Under the pieces are notes generated by a model. That model was not told where the DNA came from. It did not search any database and saw only the letters and a list, made by a program, of their open reading frames with translations. Below are positions 18,011-26,630 of a DNA stretch of 64,000 bases, one piece after another (position 1 is the first letter of the stretch; every line of letters starts with the position of its first letter). The stretch comes from an uncultured Clostridia bacterium (lineage in GTDB: Bacteria; Bacillota; Clostridia; Christensenellales; UBA1242). The position numbers and the translations under genes are program-made. The stretch is taken from contig CALWEQ010000010.1 of assembly GCA_944377365.1 (NCBI GenBank), positions 70,455-134,454 on the forward strand, written 5' to 3'.

Positions 18011-20521
18011 TTAACATTCCAGCAAATTTTTGCCAAAATTTAATTTTATAGGAAAAGGAACACTTAAATTTAACCAGTCCTCCATACCTTCGTGTAAAAT
18101 TTTCTGCACCATGTTTTGTTCACCTGGATAAACATCCAAAATAAGTTCATCGTGTATTTGTAAAATGAGTTGTGATTTTAGTGAATATTTTTTAAGCAGA
18201 TCGAAGACTTTTAACATGCTAAATTTTATTATATCTGAAGCTGTGCCCTGCAACGGCATGTTCATAGCAACGCGTTCTCCAAACGCTTGCAAGTTTTTGT
18301 TTGAAGATGACAATTCAGGAATGTGACGAATTCGACCATATTTAGTTTTTATATAGCCGTTTGCTCTTGCGAAAGCAATGTTGTTGTTTGAAAATTCTTT
18401 TACCTTTGGATATCTTGTGTAATATGAATCAATGTATTCTTGTGCGCTTTGACGCGAAACTTTTATGTTTTGAGATAATCCATAAGCGCCAATGCCATAA
18501 ATCACCCCAAAGTTTACAGCCTTTGCCTCTCTTCGCATTTTTGGTGTTACTTGTTCAGGTTCAACATGAAAAATCATGCAAGCAGTTTGAGTGTGTATGT
18601 CTTTGCCTTGTCTAAAAGTTTCGATGAGTTTTTCCTCGCCCGACATCTCAGCAAGCAATCTTAGCTCTATTTGACTGTAATCAGCACTAGCAATTTCACC
18701 GCCCTCAAATTTTGATATGAAAATCTTTCGTAAACTTACTGTGTCATTGTCGTTTGCAGGAATATTTTGTAAATTTGGGTCAGAACTTGACAATCTTCCA
18801 GTGCTTGTTAATGTTTGATTAAAATTCGTGTGGATTATACTTCCTTTTTCATCGCAAATGCTTTTATAAACATTGACATAGGTTGACTTTAATTTTTGAT
18901 ATTTTCTAAATTCAATTATTTTTTCAACAATCGGATGAGCGAACCTTAATTCTTCTAAAACATCAATGCCAGTTGATCTCTTTTTGTTTTGCCAAGCATT
19001 AAGTCCCAATTTGTCAAACAAGATTTCGGCTACTTGCTTTGGAGAATTTATATTGAATTCTTCACCTGCAAAGTCGTAAATTTGTTGAGTTAGGTCAATA
19101 ATTTTTTTTGAATATTCTTTGTCAAGCTCATTTAAACTCTTTTCATCAATTTTAAAACCATCTTTTTCCATTTGAAACAGGACGTCACAGAGAGGAAGTT
19201 CTAAATCATAATAAAGGCTTTCAAGCTCCATTGCTTTTAAGTTGTCGAGCAACAACTTTTTTTGTGCAAACCATGTGTTGCAAGGGTTTGTAATTGCTGG
19301 AATTGTTTTCCCCGCATACAAAAGATATGTCGCTATTGACAAATCAAAAAAGTTTTTTAAGCATATATTCATTGATGACAATTTGTGCATATCAGACTTT
19401 GCAGATTTAGTAATTTTTAAAATTGCCTTATTTTCAAAAATTGGTTTTAGTGTCAAAATAAAATCTGTTAAGGTGATAGCTTGAGAAAACATATCAAATG
19501 TTGGGCTTAAATAAAACACTTCGTCATCATTAACTGCAAATTCCATTTTTTCAAAATCATATGCCAAGAAATTTGATATTCTTTTAACAAAATCATCAAG
19601 CTTCTCATTTGAATCAATCAAGATTCTCGTAGATGAATTAATGTTGCCCAAATTAGTTGAATTTGAATTTGCAAAAAGTTCTTGTTTTTTTAACAAGGAA
19701 GAAAAATTATAATATTCAAAAAAATCTTTTACTTCATTTGAAAAAGGAAATTCATAATTACTAAGATTAAAATCCACATCTAGTTGGCAATCTGTTTTTA
19801 TGGTCGCAAGCTGATATGACATAAATGCCATTTGTTTGCCCTGAATAAGTTTTTCTTTCATTTTTCCTGGCACTTTTTCAATATTGTCATACAAATTTTG
19901 AACATTACCAAATTCTTCAAGCAGTTTAACCGCAGTCTTCTCACCTACTCCTGCCACACCAGGAATATTGTCTGATGAATCACCCATTAAAGCTTTTAAG
20001 TCGATGATTTGGCTTGGCGACAATCCGAATTGCTCTTTTAAAGTTTTTGTGTCAATTTTATTTAAAACAGAAACACCTTTCATTGTAAGCCAGACATTCG
20101 TATCTTTGTCAATAAGTTGCAAAAGATCTCTGTCGCCAGACAATATTATTTTTTTGCCTTGAATGTTTTTTGCAATAGTACCAATTATGTCATCAGCTTC
20201 TAAACCTTCTTTTTCAATGACTTGAATTTTCATCAAATTTAAAAGCTTTTTAATTTGCGGAAACTGCTCAATTAATTCTGGCGGTGTCTCTTTTCTCGTT
20301 CCTTTGTAATTTGCAAAAATTTTGTTTCTAAAAGTTTTACGGGCGTGGTCAAAAGCAACAAAAATTTTGTCTGGTTTTTCTTCTAAAATGACTTTTATTA
20401 AAATATTCACGAAACCAAAAATTGCGCCAGAAGGTTTTTGTTCGCTATTAGTCAAATAAGGCAAAGCATAAAACGCTCTGTTTGCCAAACTATTTCCATC
20501 AATTATTAACGACGTTTTCAT
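18011..20521 (-). CDS. polA: DNA polymerase I
   Basis: 836 aa with a 5' nuclease N-terminus (GDSSDNIPGVAGVGEKTA) and Pol A motifs (DYSQIELRLLA, RREAKAVNFGVIYG, QIHDELILD). Confidence 0.95.
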   Translation of the reverse strand: MKTSLIIDGNSLANRAFYALPYLTNSEQKPSGAIFGFVNILIKVILEEKPDKIFVAFDHARKTFRNKIFANYKGTRKETPPELIEQFPQIKKLLNLMKIQVIEKEGLEADDIIGTIAKNIQGKKIILSGDRDLLQLIDKDTNVWLTMKGVSVLNKIDTKTLKEQFGLSPSQIIDLKALMGDSSDNIPGVAGVGEKTAVKLLEEFGNVQNLYDNIEKVPGKMKEKLIQGKQMAFMSYQLATIKTDCQLDVDFNLSNYEFPFSNEVKDFFEYYNFSSLLKKQELFANSNSTNLGNINSSTRILIDSNEKLDDFVKRISNFLAYDFEKMEFAVNDDEVFYLSPTFDMFSQAITLTDFILTLKPIFENKAILKITKSAKSDMHKLSSMNICLKNFFDLSIATYLLYAGKTIPAITNPCNTWFAQKKLLLDNLKAMELESLYYDLELPLCDVLFQMEKDGFKIDEKSLNELDKEYSKKIIDLTQQIYDFAGEEFNINSPKQVAEILFDKLGLNAWQNKKRSTGIDVLEELRFAHPIVEKIIEFRKYQKLKSTYVNVYKSICDEKGSIIHTNFNQTLTSTGRLSSSDPNLQNIPANDNDTVSLRKIFISKFEGGEIASADYSQIELRLLAEMSGEEKLIETFRQGKDIHTQTACMIFHVEPEQVTPKMRREAKAVNFGVIYGIGAYGLSQNIKVSRQSAQEYIDSYYTRYPKVKEFSNNNIAFARANGYIKTKYGRIRHIPELSSSNKNLQAFGERVAMNMPLQGTASDIIKFSMLKVFDLLKKYSLKSQLILQIHDELILDVYPGEQNMVQKILHEGMEDWLNLSVPFPIKLNFGKNLLEC

Positions 20522-20527
20522 ATTATG

Positions 20528-20555
20528 ATTTTAACACAAAAAAGAGTAAATTCAA
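20528..20555 (-). promoter_or_regulatory. promoter abutting the polA start (leaderless candidate)
   Basis: TTGAAT (20555-20550), 16 nt, TGT-TAAAAT (20533-20528), 6 nt, ATG (20521). No SD. Confidence 0.5.
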
Positions 20556-20817
20556 AATAAAACTAAGTTCTTTCCTTTTGTTTAAGAAATTAAATGAAGA
20601 CTTTTTAAAATTTTAAATATTATAAACTTGTTACAGCGTTAGAAAATTTTGCTTTAAAAATTAACATAATTCTTATTAATAGAGCATATCAAAAATTTGT
20701 TGTAAAAGCATTTAATGAACATTTGTTTATGTTTAAATTAAGATTTATGTATGACAAACCCAACATAATACAACATATTGTGTCTATTATGGAATAATAT
20801 TTCAAACATGTAGCAAT

Positions 20818-20844
20818 TTAAAAAAAGCCTGCTTTTAAGCAAGC
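20818..20844 (-). terminator. terminator with the stop codon of the 96-aa gene in its loop
   Basis: GCTTGC/GCAGGC stem (one G-U pair), loop TTAAAA containing TAA, then T7. Confidence 0.6.
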
Positions 20845-21125
20845 CCAAATAATTCTGCAAAATAATCAGGAAATGCCACAACAAAAATGTAAACTAAGCT
20901 GACAAGAATAAGCAATATGAGTAAAATGATTTTTAATATATTTCCAGTAAAATTTGTAACCGCAAATGCAAACAAAAGTGCGACACCTCCATACATGGAA
21001 ATATAGTAAACAAACTCTCCCCATTGACCCAACGCTTTTAAATCAGGAACTGCAGCAACAAAAATCATCAAGGCAATGTAAACTATAACCAAAATTGATA
21101 AAATTAAATAAATTAATCTTTTCAT
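20835..21125 (-). CDS. small 3-TM membrane protein
   Basis: 96 aa, three hydrophobic helices. Start overlaps the upstream stop (ATGA). Confidence 0.5.
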   Translation of the reverse strand: MKRLIYLILSILVIVYIALMIFVAAVPDLKALGQWGEFVYYISMYGGVALLFAFAVTNFTGNILKIILLILLILVSLVYIFVVAFPDYFAELFGLA

Positions 21126-22192
21126 TCAGCCACCTTTTTGTTTTTCTTTTCAACTCTTTCAATTTTTTGTTCAAATTTTAAAAGTTTCTTTTCGTTTCTA
21201 GCACGCTCTTTTTCTTCTTTTTCTTTTTCTTTTTCTAATTTTAATTGTTGCTTTTTTAAGGTAATCAAACTTTTGTCTTTTTTTACTTTACTTCTTTTAA
21301 CTTTGCTTTTTGTCTTCTTTTTGCGTCTTTTTATTGCAAGCTTTTTGCTTCCATCTTCTGGCATACTTTCAAGCAAACAATCTGGATTTGCAAACATATC
21401 TTTCCAAACTCTAAGCGACTTTGCAAAGTAGAAACCGTCTGCTACCCTTTCATCCATTGTAATTCCTAGGTTCATGACTTTTCCAAGTTTTAATTCCTTG
21501 TTTTTTTCAACTACTGGCGCAATTTTTTCCTTCCCCATTGCAACAAACAAACTGCAATTTCCAAACTCATACAAGTGGTGAAAAATTGCATCGTTTTTTA
21601 TTGATTTTAGGTTGGTTAAAAAGGCGCTACAGTGAAAGCAACTTGCTTCTATTAAAGATTTTGGCATCATGTTGTGTCTATCTAGCCAGCCAACAATTTT
21701 TAGTGCAAGTCGAAACAACCAATTTGGAAGTTTGCCAAATGAATCAGCTTTGTCAGTAGTGCCGTACACCGAGTCAGGTTTTATGTTTTTTGCTATTATA
21801 TCTTCAACATATGCTTTTACTTCTGACAAACTTTCACGACCAGTAAAATGGAATTTTAAATCAACATCTTCCCCATCGTCTGCAAGTTGTTTTTTTACAA
21901 CCATGCAAATTGATATGTCTTTGTGTTCATAAATAACGTTGTGATTGATAAAATAGTTAAGTTTTGGTCTTAGATATAATAGGCGAACAAGAGATGTTAG
22001 CATTATGTCCGTGTAAGTATAATGGTTTCCCAATTTGCGTTGTCGCAAAATAAATTCATCCATCGGCTCACATCTGATTTGATCCATGAAATAATTTGAA
22101 GCGCCAATTCTGGTTGGCATGAAAAATGGTGCAGCCTTTGTTACTGCATCTAAATTTTTTACTTTTATTCCATCACTTCTTTTACTAAACAT
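21122..22192 (-). CDS. 2-oxoacid dehydrogenase E2/CAT-fold acyltransferase-like protein with a K/E-rich tail
   Basis: The first ~280 aa resemble an E2 catalytic domain. The signature region reads GITMDERVADGFYFAKSL, where DHRxxDG is expected. The C-terminal 75 aa are K/E low complexity. SD AAAGGAG. Confidence 0.45.
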   Translation of the reverse strand: MFSKRSDGIKVKNLDAVTKAAPFFMPTRIGASNYFMDQIRCEPMDEFILRQRKLGNHYTYTDIMLTSLVRLLYLRPKLNYFINHNVIYEHKDISICMVVKKQLADDGEDVDLKFHFTGRESLSEVKAYVEDIIAKNIKPDSVYGTTDKADSFGKLPNWLFRLALKIVGWLDRHNMMPKSLIEASCFHCSAFLTNLKSIKNDAIFHHLYEFGNCSLFVAMGKEKIAPVVEKNKELKLGKVMNLGITMDERVADGFYFAKSLRVWKDMFANPDCLLESMPEDGSKKLAIKRRKKKTKSKVKRSKVKKDKSLITLKKQQLKLEKEKEKEEKERARNEKKLLKFEQKIERVEKKNKKVAE

Positions 22193-23459
22193 CTTTTTCT
22201 CCTTTAAATTTCTTTCTAATTAAATTTTTTTCTTTCCCATTGTTTTTAGGTTTGTAATACACATGGTCTTTTATTGCATCAGGCAGATATTGTTGTTTGC
22301 AGTAACCACCATAATCATGCGGATATTTGTACTTTCCATGACCATCCTTGTTTGTGGTAGGATGATTTTTTAGGTGATTAGGCACAAAGTCATCTCGAAG
22401 AGATACGGCATCCTTTTTTGCTTCTTCCATAGCAATTAGAACAGAATTTGATTTTTCCGCTTCACAAGCATAAATAATAGCATGGGACAAATTTAACATA
22501 GCTTCAGGAAGACCTATTTTTTCAATAGCCGTAAATGCAGCTATTGCAAGCAAAAGCGCGTTTGAATCTGCCATACCAATATCTTCTGAACAATGAGCAA
22601 TTAATCTTCTTGCTATTATAAGTGGGTCACATCCTGACTGAATAAGGCGTTGAGAGTAAAACAATGCTGCGTCCGTGTCTGACCCTCTAATGCTTTTACA
22701 AAATGCAGAGAGAAGATCAAAATGCATTTGAGTGTCAACTGATAAAGGTTTCTTGTCAAGACATTCTGCTATTACATTTTCATCAATGACAATTTTGTTG
22801 TTTTTGTCTAACGGGGTCGTGTTCGCTGCAAGCTCAAGGGCATTTAATGCGGTTCTTGCATCACCTCCACTGACATCAGCTAAAAAATCCATCGCTTTTT
22901 CTGTCATAATAATTGGAAGATTGCCAAGACCATTTTCTTTGTCTAAAATAGCTCTCTTTAATGTCTTTTTTATATCTTCAATTTTTAAAGGTTTTAGTTC
23001 AAACACACGGCAACGAGATACTATTGCACGAGTCATAGAAGTGAAAGGATTTTCTGTTGTAGAACCTATAAAAAATATATGCCCCTTTTCAATCGCCTCC
23101 AAAACGCAATCACTTTGACTTTTGCTCCAACGATGACATTCGTCTAAAAGTAAATATGTGTCTTTGCCTAAAAGCATTTTGTCTTTTTTTGCTTTTTCTA
23201 TGACAGCTTTTGCGTCCGCAACACCAGATGTAACTGCATTTAATTTTTCTATGTTGGCATTAAGAGATTCTGCAATAAGATAAGCTAATGTTGTCTTGCC
23301 TGTTCCAGGAGGACCATATAAAATCATGCTTCCAACATTACCAAATTCGATTGCTCTACGCAAAACTTTGCCTTTGCCAAAAATATGTTCTTGTCCCACA
23401 AAATCGTCCAAGGTTTTTGGACGCATTCTCTGCGCTAGTGGTATTTTCAATTCACTCAT
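22185..23459 (-). CDS. rarA: replication-associated recombination protein A (AAA+ ATPase)
   Basis: RMRPKTLDDFVGQEH, Walker A GPPGTGKTT, Walker B LLLDECHR, MgsA C-terminal domain. Confidence 0.9.
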   Translation of the reverse strand: MSELKIPLAQRMRPKTLDDFVGQEHIFGKGKVLRRAIEFGNVGSMILYGPPGTGKTTLAYLIAESLNANIEKLNAVTSGVADAKAVIEKAKKDKMLLGKDTYLLLDECHRWSKSQSDCVLEAIEKGHIFFIGSTTENPFTSMTRAIVSRCRVFELKPLKIEDIKKTLKRAILDKENGLGNLPIIMTEKAMDFLADVSGGDARTALNALELAANTTPLDKNNKIVIDENVIAECLDKKPLSVDTQMHFDLLSAFCKSIRGSDTDAALFYSQRLIQSGCDPLIIARRLIAHCSEDIGMADSNALLLAIAAFTAIEKIGLPEAMLNLSHAIIYACEAEKSNSVLIAMEEAKKDAVSLRDDFVPNHLKNHPTTNKDGHGKYKYPHDYGGYCKQQYLPDAIKDHVYYKPKNNGKEKNLIRKKFKGEKDV

Positions 23460-23465
23460 GCAATT

Positions 23466-23494
23466 ATTATATCACAAGCTGAACTATATTACAA
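23466..23494 (-). promoter_or_regulatory. promoter abutting the rarA start (leaderless candidate)
   Basis: TTGTAA (23494-23489), 17 nt, TGA-TATAAT (23471-23466), 6 nt, ATG (23459). No SD. Confidence 0.55.
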
Positions 23495-23593
23495 CTATTT
23501 ATACAAAAAATTTTTGCAAACAAGTAAAACAACGTTTTTGCCTTTAAAACAAAGAGAATAAGCAAGATTTTAGATATTTTTTTAAAATTATAA

Positions 23594-23635
23594 TAAAAAA
23601 GTGCTAAATGCCTTTATTTATAAGGCATTCAGCAC
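23594..23635 (-). terminator. strong terminator whose stem includes the last codons and stop of the 397-aa gene
   Basis: 14-bp stem GTGCTGAATGCCTT/AAGGCATTTAGCAC, 7-nt loop, T6. Confidence 0.75.
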
Positions 23636-24797
23636 TATTTTTTAGCTCTTTAAATGTTAAATAATTTTTTCCGATAAATTTTGTGTTTCCGATTTGAATG
23701 TAACCTTGCTCACTCCCAAAAATTACATTGATTTTTTTCCATACTCTTCCATCAAATATTTGCAATGACGAGATGTTTTCTAAACCCATAAAAACAAAAT
23801 TTTTTTCATTTTGTACTAAATATTGTTCTTTTAATCTTGTATATTCGATTTCGCTTTTTTCATCATTTTCTCCTTTAAGCCAAGATAAATATATTCTTTC
23901 TGGTAAAGTTTGATTTAAAAGTCGTTGCTCGTTTTTATTCTTTGATTTTATTCTTAAGTTAAATCTTTCATTAATTTGTCTGTCAGCTTCAGCCATAAAC
24001 ATTTCCATTTCGCCTTGATTTGATAGAACAAATTTTTGATCTCCATAATTAAAGAAAAAAACTTTTTTCTGCTTAGGTTTTAAACATACTTCACATTGAA
24101 TGTTGACACATGCATGTGTGCAGTTTTCTACGCCGTCAATACAAGAAAAAACAAATCGCGATTGTTTGCAATTAAAGTTAAAATATGTTTTATCGCAAGA
24201 AAACAAATTGGTAATTTCAACACATGAATACTTTTTTTGAAAATAGTAATACCCTTTTTCTAATGGCACATTGATTGTAAACGTTATCTTTTTAACAGAG
24301 TTTGACAGGTTTATAAATTCTACATAATAGCTTCTCCCACACATAACAAATTCTTTAATGTAATATTTAATTTCATCTTTTATCCCTGTTGATAATAAAT
24401 AAAAATCATGTAAACACATGTTCTGTCGATAACCATTGATTTCAATGTAATTTTCTTCTGCCTTTAAATGGTAGCCAGAATTAGATTTATAATTTACATT
24501 TAATTTGTTAACATCAGGATTGTTTTTTAAAACTATTGCACCAAGTTTTTTTTGTGCTCGTTTGTTTTCTTCAGTAATAATTAGATTAAAGTCACAAACT
24601 GTTTTCGCACGCTGAAAACATTTAAATATTGGGCGAGAAAGTTCTTTTTCGAATTTAAACACAGGCAATGATGGGTCAATGCCGAGTTTTATAAGTTTGT
24701 CAAAATCTATGTCAGTGCTGTAAAGAATTGGAGCATGAAATCTTAATCGATTGAGTATTAAGTTTGTCATATTAAATAAATAATCTCTTTTCTTCAT
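23604..24797 (-). CDS. hypothetical protein, 397 aa, Cys-rich central region
   Basis: Long open frame with no recognisable motif and no SD before the ATG. Starts 20 nt after the rnpB terminator. Confidence 0.55.
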   Translation of the reverse strand: MKKRDYLFNMTNLILNRLRFHAPILYSTDIDFDKLIKLGIDPSLPVFKFEKELSRPIFKCFQRAKTVCDFNLIITEENKRAQKKLGAIVLKNNPDVNKLNVNYKSNSGYHLKAEENYIEINGYRQNMCLHDFYLLSTGIKDEIKYYIKEFVMCGRSYYVEFINLSNSVKKITFTINVPLEKGYYYFQKKYSCVEITNLFSCDKTYFNFNCKQSRFVFSCIDGVENCTHACVNIQCEVCLKPKQKKVFFFNYGDQKFVLSNQGEMEMFMAEADRQINERFNLRIKSKNKNEQRLLNQTLPERIYLSWLKGENDEKSEIEYTRLKEQYLVQNEKNFVFMGLENISSLQIFDGRVWKKINVIFGSEQGYIQIGNTKFIGKNYLTFKELKNSAECLINKGI

Positions 24798-24815
24798 AAT
24801 TTAATTCTTGACAAA

Positions 24816-24845
24816 ATAAAAAAAAGCAAACATAAAACGTTTGCT
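24816..24845 (-). terminator. terminator after RNase P RNA
   Basis: AGCAAAC/GTTTGCT stem, then T8-9 on the minus strand. Confidence 0.7.
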
Positions 24846-24850
24846 AAATT

Positions 24851-25183
24851 CAGTCAAACATAAGCCGAGTTCTGTGTCATGTGGTCATCTATCTAGGCCT
24901 AATGTTGCCAATAGGCTCAAGCGTTGCTTTTGGAAGACGTGAAAGACAGCACATTGTCTTCGCTTAAACTTGCATCGAGTGGGGTTTACAGTGACGAAAG
25001 ATGTTTCCACCTTTCCGGTAAGCTCTTGCCTCACCTTTCCATCCTTACCCTTGCGGGCGGTTTATTTCTGTTGCACTTTCCTTAGAGTCGCCTCCACCGG
25101 TCGTTAGCCGGCACTCCGTCTTTTGATGCCCGGACTTTCCTCATTTTGCTTTTACAAGCAAACCGCGACCACAAGTTTGACTG
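24851..25183 (-). ncRNA. rnpB: RNase P RNA, bacterial type A
   Basis: Minus strand contains GAGGAAAGTCCGGGC, GTGCAACAGAAATAAACCGCC, GGTAAGGATGGAAAGGTGAGGCAAGAGC, GTAAACCCCAC and ACAGAACTCGGCTTAT. P1 pairs CAGTCAAAC with GTTTGACTG. Confidence 0.9.
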
Positions 25184-25221
25184 ACCCAATCATTTTAACA
25201 TAAAATGAGGTTTATGTCAAC

Positions 25222-26577
25222 TTAGTTGACAGTAAAAAGAAGTTTTGGATGCTTTTTGTCAGCTGTAAATCCTTGAAATTCTCCATCTTGCGAAATTTTA
25301 ATTGCGACACCATATTTAGATAGAGCCATAGCTGCGGCTTTTCTACCACCACCGCTAATGGAGCCTGCTTCAATTTTCAATATAGCACCAGCAGCTATTA
25401 TGCTACCGTCGAAATCTACAATAGTTGCCCCATCCATTGCAACAATCTCTTGCCTAAATTTTCTGCTTAATTCATGAAATTTTTTTCCTTGAATAATTTG
25501 ATTTAAACAAATTGATTTAAAGCAACAATTCTTTGACAAAAAGTTTTCAAAATCATCACTATACAATTTTCTTATTTCTTCAGCATTGTTTAAATTAAAT
25601 ATTTTGTCTGCTTCTTCTAATTGCTGTTCTTTTTTTATATTGTAGTATTTTTCTTCAACAATGTCATTCGCATTTATATGAGTAAGGGCTTGTTCAACCA
25701 TATCGCGCTTTAAATAAACAATTATTCCGCCAGAATATTTAAATGAACAATCGAGAGAAGTTAAATAAACAGCACGTCTAACCTCTCGCAAGGAATGAGT
25801 TGATCTGTAAGAGAGAAGCTGAATGACCTCTTCATGACTATAGATGTTCCATTTTCCGCGTCTTTTTGCAAACATCAAAGTTCGGTTTTTAAATATGAGC
25901 AAATCACCACTTTCAGTTAACACCATGCCAACTTTACGATCATTGCAATATCTTGCAACACTGTTGTAATCGTTTGGAGCGGTTGTAGAATAATTTCTTA
26001 CTTTTTCAAGAGACACATAACCTGTCAAATAACCGTCCTTGTTGAATTCAACAAACGAATGCTTTCCATCAGAAAGCAAGGCAAAAAAATCTGTTGAAAT
26101 TATATTAGAATAATGCAATTTTTTTTCAGTGTCAGTTTCAGAAAGATTTAATATTATGCCAAAATCAACTGCTTTGCCTTCATAAGTGCGATTGCTCCAT
26201 CTTGTCAATGCGCTAATCAACCCAAGCATTACTGAAGAAGCAGATGATGCAACGCTGTCGCAAACAGCTTTCTCAACAGCTTTTTCTTGCAAAGTTAGTT
26301 CATAAGTAGGATCTAAAAAAACTGATTCATTTATTTGGCTGAGTTCTTTTAAAATGTTTTTTAACAGAGAGATTTCGAAAGGTTGAAAAGCTCTTCCGCG
26401 TTTAATTATAAATCTGTAATCGGCTAATTTAGTTGGCTTTATCAATAAAGAATTTTGCTTGCCTATCGCTATTTCTGATTCTCTCGCGTTAGACTCTTCT
26501 TCACCCATTAAAATTGAGCCAGTGAAAAGCGGTAAAATTAATTTTGTTAAAACAACGTAAAACTTATCCTTTTCCAA
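25222..26577 (-). CDS. DisA_N/DAC-like domain protein with a ~270-aa unassigned N-terminal region
   Basis: C-terminus reads SGGIIVYL...MDGATIVDFDGSIIAAGAILKIEAGSISGGGRKAAAMALSKYGVAIKISQDGEF, following the diadenylate cyclase pattern (GALIV...DGAxI...GxRHRAA...VSEE-G), but RHR is replaced by RKA. TTG start 9 nt after AAGGGAG. Confidence 0.5.
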   Translation of the reverse strand: MEKDKFYVVLTKLILPLFTGSILMGEEESNARESEIAIGKQNSLLIKPTKLADYRFIIKRGRAFQPFEISLLKNILKELSQINESVFLDPTYELTLQEKAVEKAVCDSVASSASSVMLGLISALTRWSNRTYEGKAVDFGIILNLSETDTEKKLHYSNIISTDFFALLSDGKHSFVEFNKDGYLTGYVSLEKVRNYSTTAPNDYNSVARYCNDRKVGMVLTESGDLLIFKNRTLMFAKRRGKWNIYSHEEVIQLLSYRSTHSLREVRRAVYLTSLDCSFKYSGGIIVYLKRDMVEQALTHINANDIVEEKYYNIKKEQQLEEADKIFNLNNAEEIRKLYSDDFENFLSKNCCFKSICLNQIIQGKKFHELSRKFRQEIVAMDGATIVDFDGSIIAAGAILKIEAGSISGGGRKAAAMALSKYGVAIKISQDGEFQGFTADKKHPKLLFTVN

Positions 26578-26630
26578 CGCCTAGAACTCCCTTATATATG
26601 CATTTTACAATATAACTTAGAAAAAATCAA

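Noticed and set aside
20522-20817. ~300-nt AT-rich spacer upstream of polA as a possible hidden element or array
   Set aside because: No repeats, no ORF with an SD and no structured motif. It most likely holds only the polA promoter region.
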